From NCBI GenBank assembly GCA_965207675.1, contig CBDBMY010000008.1, forward strand, positions 344,291-408,290: 64,000 bases of DNA. Direction: 5' to 3'. The notes below the pieces were generated by a model that saw only the letters and a list, made by a program, of their open reading frames with translations, was not told where the DNA came from and searched no databases. The stretch is from Vicinamibacterales bacterium (GTDB lineage Bacteria > Acidobacteriota > Vicinamibacteria > Vicinamibacterales > UBA8438). Made by a program: the position numbers and the translations under genes. This document shows positions 9,094 through 19,000 of this stretch, piece by piece. Within the stretch, counting starts at the first letter, position 1. Every line of letters begins with the position of its first letter.

Positions 9094-10065
9094 ATGGTGG
9101 CGCAGAAGCTGCGGATGCTGCTTGAGACGCTGGAGTGCCCGGACGTCTACCTATTCCTCGGCGTAGATCGGAGCGCCCCGCTGGAAGAGCTGCAGGCGGC
9201 CGCTGAGAAGAAGTACGTCAGTACACATAACCAGAGCTCGCGAAACGCGGTGACCCGGGCCGCTGGCGAATTGGCGGGGCTGTGCAAGTCGGACATCTTC
9301 AGGAACGCGCGGACCAAGGCGGCGTACGACCGGGAGCTGGACCGGCAGGACCCGCAGCGGCAGGCCGCCGCGGCGCAGCAGCGGCAGCAAGCTTGGGCGC
9401 GAGTCACCGGTGCCGTCGCCGCCGCTGCGGACCGGGTGGTCAGGTACTCCGGGCGCGTCTCCGCCGGGGGAGCCGCGCTGATAGTCGCGGGGACGGTTCT
9501 GGGCACAGGTTTCGATGCGCCTTCGGGCGTATCGATACACAGGCTGGGAGTGCTGGCCTTTCCGTGCGGTTTCACGGCATTCCTCTACCGGGGACCCCGG
9601 CACCACACCGCCGTTGTCGCGGCCGGGGGATTCCTTGCGGTCGTGCTCGGAATCGTTGCGCGAGCCATTCATTCTTCCTTGACCGCGCAAGATGTGGCCG
9701 GCGGCGATGGGTCTCTGATGGAACTGCTCGGTCTGCTGAGACTGGTGGGCGGATTGGCTCTTCTGAGCGCGTTGGCGTCGTTCGTGTTCAGGGAGTCCTG
9801 GCACATCAGGGTCGGCGCCGCGGCGAAACCCTTTATGGAGTGGTGGCTTGCGACGATAGCCATTACCGGGAATCCGCTGATCATGGCCGGCGTCACGGGA
9901 ATGGCGTTTGCGCTGACCTTCGGTCTGACGGCCGGAGTCGTCATGACCTTTCTCTTCGGGGGCGGCGCGGACGAAAGGGTCCGAGCGGCGACCAGCGCGA
10001 CCGCATACGTTTCCGGCTTCCTCATCGTTGCAGGCGTTCTCCGGCGGCTCTTTTCGCGTCGCTGA
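9094..10065 (+). CDS. Polytopic membrane protein with N-terminal HPD-less J-like domain (paralog 1)
   Basis: DVYLFLGVDRSAPLEELQAAAEKKYVSTHNQSSRN..AGLCKSDIFRNARTKAAYDRELD follows the J-domain helix II / loop / helix III layout, with HNQ where HPD is expected. About six hydrophobic helices follow. Confidence 0.8.
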   Translation: MVAQKLRMLLETLECPDVYLFLGVDRSAPLEELQAAAEKKYVSTHNQSSRNAVTRAAGELAGLCKSDIFRNARTKAAYDRELDRQDPQRQAAAAQQRQQAWARVTGAVAAAADRVVRYSGRVSAGGAALIVAGTVLGTGFDAPSGVSIHRLGVLAFPCGFTAFLYRGPRHHTAVVAAGGFLAVVLGIVARAIHSSLTAQDVAGGDGSLMELLGLLRLVGGLALLSALASFVFRESWHIRVGAAAKPFMEWWLATIAITGNPLIMAGVTGMAFALTFGLTAGVVMTFLFGGGADERVRAATSATAYVSGFLIVAGVLRRLFSRR

Positions 10066-10216
10066 GGGGTCGGCTGGCGCATGAGGTCGCGGCGGACCCG
10101 AGGCCGGGACCGAGAGCGGTCCCGCTCGGCGTGAAGACCGAGATGACAACGAGGCAACCACCGGCGGGCGGAGCGTGGTCACGGGCGGAGTGCTGTCGGG
10201 ACGAGGAGTATGAGTG

Positions 10217-11383
10217 ATGGTGCCGCCAAAGGTATGGACACTGCTCGAGGCCGTGGGATGCGAAGACATCTACGGGTTCCTGGGCATGGAACGCGACGCT
10301 CCCTTGGAAGAGCTGCGGGCCGCAGCCGAGAGAAAATACGAAGCGATACACAACCAGAGTGCGAGAAGCGAAGGTGCGAGAGTCGGTGCGGCCCTGGCCG
10401 GATTGTGCAAGTCGACTATATTCAGGGATGCGGAGACGAGGAGCGGGTACGACGACGAGGCGGCGCTGCGGGGCGAAAGGCGTGCGGACCCTGCAGGTCA
10501 GCAGCTTGTCACGGCGGAGGAACGACAAAGGGCGGCAGCGGCGGCCGCGAGCGCGGCGGCTGCGGGCGTGGCGAGTGCGGTGGCCGAGGGGGCGAGAAGC
10601 GCGACCGCGAGCGCCGTGCGGTACGTCGAGGAGTACTGCAGAGGCATTTCGGCTACGGGGGCGGTTTTGGTCGCCGTGGGAGCGGCTCTGGCGGCGGGAG
10701 TCAGCGCACCGGCGGGCGCGATCGTCCTCGGCCTGGGAACGGCGATCTTTCCGTGCGGGTTCGCGGCGGTTATGTATAGGCGGTCCCGGGACTGGATAGT
10801 GCGCGTCGGCGGGGCCGGGCTTGTACTGGTCACGCTGGGCATCATGGGCGAGGGCTATTCAGCCGCAGCGATTGCGGAAGGTAGGGCGAATCCGGTGGTC
10901 TTGGCCCTGGTGGGCGGCTCGAGGCTGTTGGGCGGACTGGTCCTCGTCGCGGGCTTGGCGTCGTTCGGGCTGAAGGAAGCTTGGCACGTGAAGGCCGCCG
11001 ACACGACGGGCCCCGCCGTGGAGTGGTGGCAAGCGAGGATCGGCGCGGGGAACCCGGCGATCGTGCTGGGCGCCGCGGGGTTGGCGTTTGCGGCCGCGAT
11101 GGCGATCGCCGTCCGCCCCGTCGTGAGTATCGTTTTCGGCTCCGGGGGCGCGGGATTGGTGGAGTCCGTGGTGTCGGCGGCGGCCTCTTACTCTGCTTTA
11201 CTCCTTGGTGGAGGCGTCGCGTGGCGGTTGGCCAAGCGCTACGGGGGGGTAACGGAGCGTGGTGGGGACACTCTCCAATGCGGGAGGTGCGGAACGCGGT
11301 CGGCTCGCAGCAAGTGTCGGGATGGCGACGGCTTCAGAGTTACGTATCGCTGTGCCGTCTGTGGGGCCCGCATGGAGGGGTAG
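10217..11383 (+). CDS. Polytopic membrane protein with HPD-less J-like domain and C-terminal zinc ribbon (paralog 2)
   Basis: The J-like domain is DIYGFLGMERDAPLEELRAAAERKYEAIHNQSARS..AGLCKSTIFRDAETRSGYDDE. The membrane region is paralogous to that of the previous gene. The C-terminus reads CGRCG..CAVCG. A GGAG RBS is present. Confidence 0.8.
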   Translation: MVPPKVWTLLEAVGCEDIYGFLGMERDAPLEELRAAAERKYEAIHNQSARSEGARVGAALAGLCKSTIFRDAETRSGYDDEAALRGERRADPAGQQLVTAEERQRAAAAAASAAAAGVASAVAEGARSATASAVRYVEEYCRGISATGAVLVAVGAALAAGVSAPAGAIVLGLGTAIFPCGFAAVMYRRSRDWIVRVGGAGLVLVTLGIMGEGYSAAAIAEGRANPVVLALVGGSRLLGGLVLVAGLASFGLKEAWHVKAADTTGPAVEWWQARIGAGNPAIVLGAAGLAFAAAMAIAVRPVVSIVFGSGGAGLVESVVSAAASYSALLLGGGVAWRLAKRYGGVTERGGDTLQCGRCGTRSARSKCRDGDGFRVTYRCAVCGARMEG

Positions 11384-11609
11384 ACGACACGTGGGTGCCG
11401 TTAGATTCGGTCTGGGTGGGGCCCATTCGGGTAGAGAACTCAGTTATGGTGCTTCTGGCCGCGGTGGCTTATCGACCGGGGGCAATGACGACGCGGGGCC
11501 CGCTACTCGGCAGCGGTTTGGCGCGTCGGCCGGATGACGGGATGCAGGGGATCTGTGGAGATCACGGAGAAGGGACTCGGTCGGAGAAAGGCGCAAGAGG
11601 GTACTAACT

Positions 11610-13367
11610 ATGGTGCCGTCAAAGGTTTGCCAGCTGCTCGAAAAGGTTGGATGCGACGACGTATACGAGTTCTTGGCATGCGAGCGGAGCGCGCCGCTGG
11701 AAGAGCTGCGTGAGGCCGCGGACGCCAAGTATAGGCAGATACACAACCAGAGCTCGTCAACGGACGCGCAGAAGGCCGCGAGAGACCTGGCGGGGCTGTG
11801 CAAGGCCGCGATATTCATGGACGCGGCGAGCAAGAGGGCATATGACGAGGAAACCGACACGCGGCGGAAGCCCGAGGGAGGCGTGGTCTCCGCGGTCGTG
11901 GCAGCGGTGGTCGTGGTCGCGGTTGTGGTCGGCGCCGCGTGGATGGTTTGGCAGGGCGCCGTTTGGGTTGTCGACCGCGTAGAGGGCTGGGTGTCTCGGC
12001 CGGTGGAAGAGGGACCCGTGGAACCTCCAGCGCCTCTGCCCCATGATCCTCCCGACCCGGAACCGGAAGCGGAACCGGAAGATGGACCGCAGGCCGAGGA
12101 GCGACGGCTCGGTCTCGATAGGGCTGCCCGAACACGAGTGCAGGTCGCGTTGTCGGAGGGGGATTACGATCCCGGTGAGGCCGACGGGTTGTTGGGCGAG
12201 CGCAGCAGGAATGCCCTCCGGGCTTGGCAGCGGGACCGCGATCTTGAGGTAACGGGGTATCTGACCCGCGAGACCGCGGAGCGGTTGGGCGCCTTCGATC
12301 TGGACCCGGATATTGGGACGGCGGAAATTGATGCGGGTACGTTGACTATCCGAGGGGATCCGTTGAGTTCGATTTCAGTCGATGGGGCGTTCGTCGGCAG
12401 CGTGCCGGAGGAGTCAGGGGTCGTGGTCGTTCGGGAAGTCGAGCCAGGGAGTCATTTCGTCGTTGCGCGGCGTGAAGGGTACAGGACGGTGGAGAGGGTC
12501 GTGGATGTCGTCCACGGTCGGGCAGAGGTCGTGGACGCAACCCGCGGGGGGATGTCGGGGCTGCTGGCAGTGTCGGCGGACGTGGCCGGGGCGTTGCTTC
12601 GCATCAACGACGGTGAAGAGCGGGCCCTTCCAGTGACGGATCTCGAGATCGCGCCCGGCTCGCACGATCTGGCGGTAAGCCGCGAAGGGTACAGGCCGGT
12701 CAAGGACCGCATCGACGTTCGTCCGGGTCAGCTCGTCAGCCGGAACGTCATCCTCGAGGCGATCCCGCATGAGGAGCGCGTCATGGATGCTCTTGACCCC
12801 GCGCTGGCGCACTTCCGGGCGGGGGACTATCGGGCGGTCGTCGACGCGGTGCGGTCTGTCCTCGATGTCGTCGGGAATTCCGTGCTTGCGTACTGGTTGC
12901 TCGGGGTTGGTCTTTACGAGCTCGGGGAGTTCGTAGAGAGCGTGCAGCCGTTGACCATGGCCATCGGTCTCGGTGCCGAAGTGGTACTGCCCGCCAAGCA
13001 TCGCCACGGAGGGGGAGGCTTCCGGGAGGGATTCTGTACCGGCACACTCACGTTGAGCCTCGACGAGATTGCGTTCGTCTCGGTCGACGATCCGGGTCAC
13101 GGTTTTGCCGTGGCTCCGGACAAGATGACGGAGCCCACCGTCGCGCAGTCCGTCGGCGGCTTCCCGTACCGTTTGAACACCGGCGTGCGAGACCTTGAGC
13201 GCGGCATAGAGCGGAACAATTTCGACTTCGTCCACTGGAAAGCTGAGCCTCAGGCCGCGGACCCCGATTCTCTGCGGCTGGTCGTTCTCGGGTGTCCGGA
13301 CTGTGACGCGTCGATGTTCGTTCAGCATGCCCTCATGACCACCGTGATCCGCGGTGCGAGCCAGTGA
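11610..13367 (+). CDS. Single-pass protein: HPD-less J-like domain, TM, PG-binding, 2x PEGA, TPR-like, C-terminal beta domain (paralog 3)
   Basis: The J-like domain is DVYEFLACERSAPLEELREAADAKYRQIHNQSSST..AGLCKAAIFMDAASKRAYDEE and the TM segment is VVSAVVAAVVVVAVVVGAAWMVW. DGLLGERSRNALRAWQRDRDLEVTGYLTRET resembles PG_binding_1. GSHFVVARREGYRTVERVVDV and GSHDLAVSREGYRPVKDRIDV resemble PEGA domains. Confidence 0.85.
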   Translation: MVPSKVCQLLEKVGCDDVYEFLACERSAPLEELREAADAKYRQIHNQSSSTDAQKAARDLAGLCKAAIFMDAASKRAYDEETDTRRKPEGGVVSAVVAAVVVVAVVVGAAWMVWQGAVWVVDRVEGWVSRPVEEGPVEPPAPLPHDPPDPEPEAEPEDGPQAEERRLGLDRAARTRVQVALSEGDYDPGEADGLLGERSRNALRAWQRDRDLEVTGYLTRETAERLGAFDLDPDIGTAEIDAGTLTIRGDPLSSISVDGAFVGSVPEESGVVVVREVEPGSHFVVARREGYRTVERVVDVVHGRAEVVDATRGGMSGLLAVSADVAGALLRINDGEERALPVTDLEIAPGSHDLAVSREGYRPVKDRIDVRPGQLVSRNVILEAIPHEERVMDALDPALAHFRAGDYRAVVDAVRSVLDVVGNSVLAYWLLGVGLYELGEFVESVQPLTMAIGLGAEVVLPAKHRHGGGGFREGFCTGTLTLSLDEIAFVSVDDPGHGFAVAPDKMTEPTVAQSVGGFPYRLNTGVRDLERGIERNNFDFVHWKAEPQAADPDSLRLVVLGCPDCDASMFVQHALMTTVIRGASQ

Positions 13368-13430
13368 GTGCGCGTTCCGCGTTTCACCGAGGACGGTGGG
13401 GTTTGAAATGCAGAGGGCGAAAACGAAGGA

Positions 13431-14075
13431 ATGGGATTGCCAGGGTCGTTAGCGGCATTTGGGCACGAAACAGGGCATGGACCAATGCAGGAGGACGCCG
13501 TGGGTGATCTGGCTGCGTACAAGGCCAAGCTGAGGCAAATCGATTGGCTTCGTACACTCGTGTTTATCTGGTTTCGCGGTGGCCTATCGATGTTAATCTG
13601 GGTGAGTCCGCTCATGATTTTGGTTTTTCGCAGCTCGCCTCAGGAGGGTCAAGGTTCCGCGGAGGTAGCGGGGCTTGTAGGACTAACCCTGTTTTTTGTT
13701 GTTGTGGGCCCACCCTTGGCTCTATTTTTGGGTATTGGAAATCAGGTCGACGCGGCAGCGACTCGCCTGTACCGTCGCGCTATGGCGTTCTTGGGTCAGT
13801 TTTTCATACTGTTTACTTGGCCGGTGATTTTGATGGCGTTTGCGTTCTGGGGTATCTTGCTTGTCGGCGGGTTCTTGTTTCGGATTTTCTGCGTTCTGCT
13901 GGTCTGCGTAGGTGATCCTCTTCTGATCCTGGCGCGTCGGTTGTTGCCGGGAGCACTGCCGTTTGACGTTCGGCCGGTACTGTTTCAACGTTATGTCCTT
14001 GTTTGGTCGAGGAGTGAGGCCGACACGACTTGGCAATTCGTCAGACTGGCGGACTGGTGGCGGGGGGACGGGTAG
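13431..14075 (+). CDS. Multi-pass membrane protein, no family recognised
   Basis: This track ORF lies in a clearly less GC-rich stretch. It has long hydrophobic helices (LVFIWFRGGLSMLIWVSPLMILVF, GLVGLTLFFVVVGPPLALFLGI, FFILFTWPVILMAFAFWGILLVGGFLFRIFCVLLVCV). It begins 63 bp after the third J-like gene on the same strand. Confidence 0.5.
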   Translation: MGLPGSLAAFGHETGHGPMQEDAVGDLAAYKAKLRQIDWLRTLVFIWFRGGLSMLIWVSPLMILVFRSSPQEGQGSAEVAGLVGLTLFFVVVGPPLALFLGIGNQVDAAATRLYRRAMAFLGQFFILFTWPVILMAFAFWGILLVGGFLFRIFCVLLVCVGDPLLILARRLLPGALPFDVRPVLFQRYVLVWSRSEADTTWQFVRLADWWRGDG

Positions 14076-14364
14076 GCAAGGGGACCCTCGGCGACAGGTC
14101 TTCCCGCAGGTGCAGGTCGTGCGGACGGGCGGTACGTTGGGGCGGATGTTGGAGGGAATCGTGAATGCGCAACACGGGGATCGTCGTTTCTTGCTGTGAA
14201 ACGCTTCCGGAGTCCGGGCGCACGGATAGCGTGACCGCGGCTGACGGTCCTGCGGCGTGCCGGCGGGAGGTCCAGGATTAGGGGGTGACGGTGTGGGCAG
14301 CCCCGACTGTGGCCCGGCACGGCGTCGCGGATCCGGAGACACCGGGGTGAGGAACGTCCGGGGG

Positions 14365-14900
14365 TTTGCGCCTCCTCAAGGAAGCCGTACTGGCTGAGCA
14401 TGCGGAGCCACCGCGGCGCATTGCGCCCGACAACCAAGCGTTGGTAGTCGATGCCGGGGTCGGTGTAGGGCCGGTCGTCGCGGAGGACGGCGGGAAGCAC
14501 CCGCAACAGCTTGTGGGCGGTTGCGAGAATGGCGCGCTTGTAGCCGCGGCGGCCGGCGAGGGCCCGAAGGCTCCGGCCGCTACGTCGCCAACGGCGTGAC
14601 CGCGTCGGGCGTCGAGATGCGCCGGTTCGCGCCGTTCGGCGGCGCTATCGCAGACCGCGTGCAGATCGGTTCGGCGCCGGGGTCGCGAGCGTCGCCGGGC
14701 TGCGGATCGGGTGGATGCGGAAACGGGCAGGGTGGTCGACTCGGCCTCCGCCCGGACGGTCCTGGCCCTGCGGGGAATCGACAAGCTGGGCATCGATGGC
14801 CTCGTGCCGCTCGGCCGGTTGGAGTTCGCCGTCGCGGCGATACCGGTCTGGGGGCTGAAGGTGAAGGCGAAGGGCGGCTGAACTTCCGGGACCATGACGA
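14365..14900 (-). pseudogene. IS110-family transposase remnant
   Basis: ..RRGYKRAILATAHKLLRVLPAVLRDDRPYTDPGIDYQRLVVGRNAPRWLRMLSQYGF parallels the IS110-type C-terminus at 31447-31839. The upstream part is frameshifted and degraded. Confidence 0.45.
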
Positions 14901-15125
14901 ATTCGGCGACGTCATCGGTCCCGCGTGCTCGGCAGACTTGGACGACTACGTGTCGGCCCTCACGGGGCGGGCATCCTGATGTCGGCGGACGATGTCTCGT
15001 CGTTGGAGCGACCATCTGGCGTCATCCGTCCCACGCGCTCGGCCGTCCCTGGACGACTTCACGTCGGCCTTCGGCGCGACCCGCATCGTGATGACCGCCA
15101 GCGACACCCTGCCGCTGGAGCGACC

Positions 15126-15936
15126 ATGACCGACTCCCCGACATCCGCCGTCCCGCCCGTTTGGCGGATCGGCTTGTGCGTGGCCGCCGCGATGCTCGTC
15201 GGCGCCGTCGCCCACGGGTAGCCGGCCACTCCGGCGTTGGAGGTCCTGTCGCCGGACGGCGCCCGGTACCTGTCGGGCCGCGAACGGCTGGCGGTCCGGC
15301 TGACCCCCGCCGGCGCGACGGCGCGCGTCGAGTTCTTCATCGACGGCCAACGCGTCTGTCTGCGCGAACGGCTCCCGTGCGAGTGCGACTGGGACGCCGG
15401 CGCCGACGGCCAGGCGCGCGTCGTACGCATCCTGGCCACCCTCGCCGACGGGCGCCGGCTGGTCCGTCGCGTCCACACCCCGGCGCGCGCCGGCATGACG
15501 TTCAGGAGCGCCGTGAACGTCGTGCTGGTGCCGGCCGTCGTGACCGACCGGCGCGGGGCGGTACGTGACCGAGTTGCGCGAGGACGGCGAGCCGCGACGA
15601 GTCAGCTACTTCTCGCCGCCCTCGGCCAGGGGGCTGGACCTGGTCATCGCGCTGGACGTCAGGACGCTGGGTCGCCGCTCGGAAGTGCGCGAGGTGCGCG
15701 ACGTCGTGACGCGGCTGGCCGGCGTCAGCGGCGGCCAGGGGTTCCCGGTCGACCGGCTCGACCGGCAGGAGCGGGCGCTGGGGAGCTTCGCCGACGACCT
15801 GCGCCACCAGTACCTGCTCGGCTTCACGCCGCCGCTGGCCGAAGGCGCCGTCGGCGCCTTTCGATGGCTCGCGGTCGATGTGCGCGGCGGCAGTTTCCGG
15901 GTGCGCGCACGCGAGGGCTACCGGTCGTCCCCGTAA
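15126..15936 (+). pseudogene. Remnant of a VWFA-related Acidobacterial-domain (TIGR03436-like) protein
   Basis: MTDSPTSAVPPVWRIGLCVAAAMLVGAVAHG is followed by an in-frame TAG at 15219-15221, then ..LEVLSPDGARYLSG..FRSAVNVVLVPAVVTDRRG. After a frame change it reads ..LREDGEPRRVSYFS.., and the tail is ..DLRHQYLLGFTPP..VDVRGGSFRVRAREGYR. The central VWA part is largely missing. Confidence 0.5.
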
Positions 15937-16009
15937 CGCCGTCGGCCCCTGACTCCCGCCAACCGGGTTCGGGCATTGCGCGCGGCGCCGTCGGCGGGCG
16001 ACCGTGACG

Positions 16010-16040
16010 GTCGGCGCCCGGGCATCGCCCGGGCGCCGAC
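16010..16040. terminator. Perfect 14-bp-stem GC hairpin between convergent genes (putative bidirectional terminator)
   Basis: GTCGGCGCCCGGGC-ATC-GCCCGGGCGCCGAC lies 48 nt downstream of the lon stop (minus strand) and 74 nt downstream of the VWFA remnant (plus strand). There is no clear U-tract. Confidence 0.45.
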
Positions 16041-16088
16041 CCTTGCGCTCGTCGGTCGGCCATGACATTCCGTGGCCGTTGCCGCCGG

Positions 16089-19000
16089 TCAGGCCGGTTG
16101 CGCCGTCGGCGGCGCCAGCGCCCGCGCCAGCATTTCGTCGATCGTGGACACGAAGCGCACGTCGATCCCCCGCAGCAGGTCTTCGCCGAGCTTCTCGTCG
16201 ACCTCACTCGCGTTCGCGGTCGGCAGGATCACCCCGGCGAGTCCGCAGCGGCGGGCGGCCAGCACCTTCTCCTTGACGCCGCCGACCCCGAGCACGTCCC
16301 CCGAGAGGGTGATCTCGCCGGTCATGGCGAGGTCGCGGCGCACGGCACGCCCGGTGAGGGTGGAGACCAGCGCGGCGACCATCGCCACGCCCGCCGACGG
16401 TCCGTCCTTCGGGATGCTGCCGGCCGGCACGTGCAGGTGCACCTCGGCGGCCTCGTAGAACCCGGGGGCGACGCCGTAGCGGGTGGCGTTGGCGCGCACC
16501 CACGACAGCGCCGCGTGCGCCGACTCCTTCATCACGTCACCCAACTGTCCGGTGAGGGTCAGCGCACCGCCGCCGGGCATCCGGCTGGCTTCGACGAACA
16601 GCACGTCGCCGCCGGCGGGGGTCCACGACAGCCCCATCGCCACGCCGGGGCGCTTCATGCGCCCCGACGGCGCTTCGTCGGCGTGCGGTGGCCGGCCCAG
16701 CATGTCGGCGACCGCCGGCTCCGTGATCTCGACCGGCGACTCGTCTCCCCCGGCCCGCCGCAGCGCCACCTTGCGGCAGACCGCGCCGATGCGGCGGCCG
16801 AGTTCGCGCACGCCCGCCTCGCGCGTGTAGCCGCGAATCAGGGCGTGCAGCGCCCCGTCGGTGAAGCGGACCCCCTCGGCCGCGAGGCCGTTCTCGTCGA
16901 GCTGCCGGCCGACCAGATGCGCCCGGGCGATCTCGAGCTTCTCGTCCTCCGAGTAGCCCGGCAGCTCGATCTTCTCCAGGCGGTCGCGGAGCGGAGCCGC
17001 TATCCGGCTCCACTCGTTCGCGGTGGCGACGAAGAACGTCTCCGACAGGTCGAACGGCACCTCCACGTAGTTGTCGACGAACTTCTTGTTCTGTTCCGGG
17101 TCGAGCACCTCGAGCAGCGCCGACTCGGGGTCGCCCCCGCTGTTCGAGACCCGCGAGATCTTGTCGACCTCGTCCAGCAGCAGCACCGGGTTCTTCGAGC
17201 CGATTCTGACGAGCTCGCGCACGAGCCGGCCCGGCTGCGCGGCGCGCCACGTGCGGTTGTGTCCGCGCAGCTCCGTCCCGTCGCTCATTCCGGCGAAGGA
17301 CATCTTGGCGAACTTCCTGCCCATGGCGTCCGCGATGCCCTGCGCAAGCGACGTCTTGCCGACCCCGGGGGGGCCGACGAGGCAGAGAACCGTCCTCGGG
17401 CTGCCGCCGAGTTTCCGCACCGCCAGATCCTCCAGCAGCCGCGCCTTCGCCTTGGCGAGCCCCCAGTGCCCCTCGTCCAGCAGCTCGCGGGCGCGCCGCT
17501 GGTCGATGGGTTCCTCGCGGCGGGCGTTCCACGGCAGGCCGGTGAGGCACTGGAGATAGGTGAACCGGTCGCCGTAGTCGGCGTCGCCCGGCGACCTCGA
17601 CAGCATCAACTGCAGCTCGCGCTTGGCGTGCCGTCGCGCCGCGTCCGGCAGGCCGCCGCGGTCGATCGCCGCCCGGATCCCCTCGACGCCGGGCAGGACT
17701 TCGCCGCCGCCCTTCCCCGCGCCGAGCACCTCCCGGACCGTGTCCGCCGTCACCGCGGTCGTCTCCGCGGCGCCGCCGCTCGACGCCTCCAGTCGGAGCG
17801 CCGTCCGCCGGCAGATCGCCGAGACGCCGCGGTCGAGGTCCCGCACGCCCATTTCGTTCGCGTGGTCGCGGATCATCCCCCGCAGCGCCTCGTCTTCGAA
17901 CGCGATCAGCCCGCCCGTCAGTCCGTGGTCGCGGATGCGCGCCGGCACGAGGATCCGCTTGGCGATCTCGAACTTCTCCTCCACCGTGTAGCCGGCGATC
18001 TCGATCGCCTCCACGCGGTCCCGCAGCACCGCGGGAATATCGCCGAGCACGTTCGCGGTGGCGATGAAGAAGACCTCCGACAGGTCGAACGGCAGGTCCA
18101 CGTAGAGATCGTGGAATGCGGCGTTCCGGGTCGGATCGAGCGCGTCGAGCAGCGCCATGCCCGGCGCCCAGCCCACCTTGTCGATCTCGTCGAGGAGGAA
18201 CACGGGATTCCTCGCGCCGATTCTCTGCAACTGCCGGATGATCGCCCCGGGGTGCGACGCGGCATAGTCGCGTCGGGCGCCCCGGACGTCGGCGACCTCC
18301 GTCAAGCCGTTGCACGACATCTCGGCGAATCTGCGGCCGAGGGCCCGGGCGACGCCCGCCGCCAGCGAGGTCTTGCCCACGCCCGGCGGCCCGACGAAGC
18401 AGAGAATCTGTCCCCGCGCGTCACCCTTACGACGGCGCACGGCCAGGTGTTCGAGGATGCGATTTTTCGCGTCCCGGAGTCCGACATGCCGTTCGTTCAG
18501 GACGCTCCGGGCGCGCTCGACATCGATCGTCTCCGGCCCGCCGCCGCGCCACGGCAGGTCGGCCAGCACGAGGAAGTACTCCCTGACTTTCTCGGCTGTG
18601 TCCGCCGACAGCTTGTCGAGCTCGGGCCTCAACCGGTTCAGCACCTCCCGGGGCATGCCGCACGCCTCGATCCTGCCGCGGAGTCTCTTGGTCGGGTCCT
18701 CCAACTGCGCCTGGACGTCGTCAAGCCTGGTCTTCAGAAGCCGGCCGCCGAGGGAGTCGTCCCGTCGGCGTTCCGATGCCTGCCGCCAGTGCTCCTCCCT
18801 CGCCTTCAGGCCGCGTTCGTAGGTCTTCTCCGGGCCCGCCCCCTCGAGCGCGTCGACCATGAACGCGTTCAGCGCGCGCACGCGTTCGCCCGGATTGAGG
18901 ATGTCGAGCCACCGCTGCTGGAGCGGGACCGGAACGTCGAGGTCGGCGATGCGCCTGATCAGGCTGACCGCGATGAAGTCCGCGGCCACGTCGATGGGGA

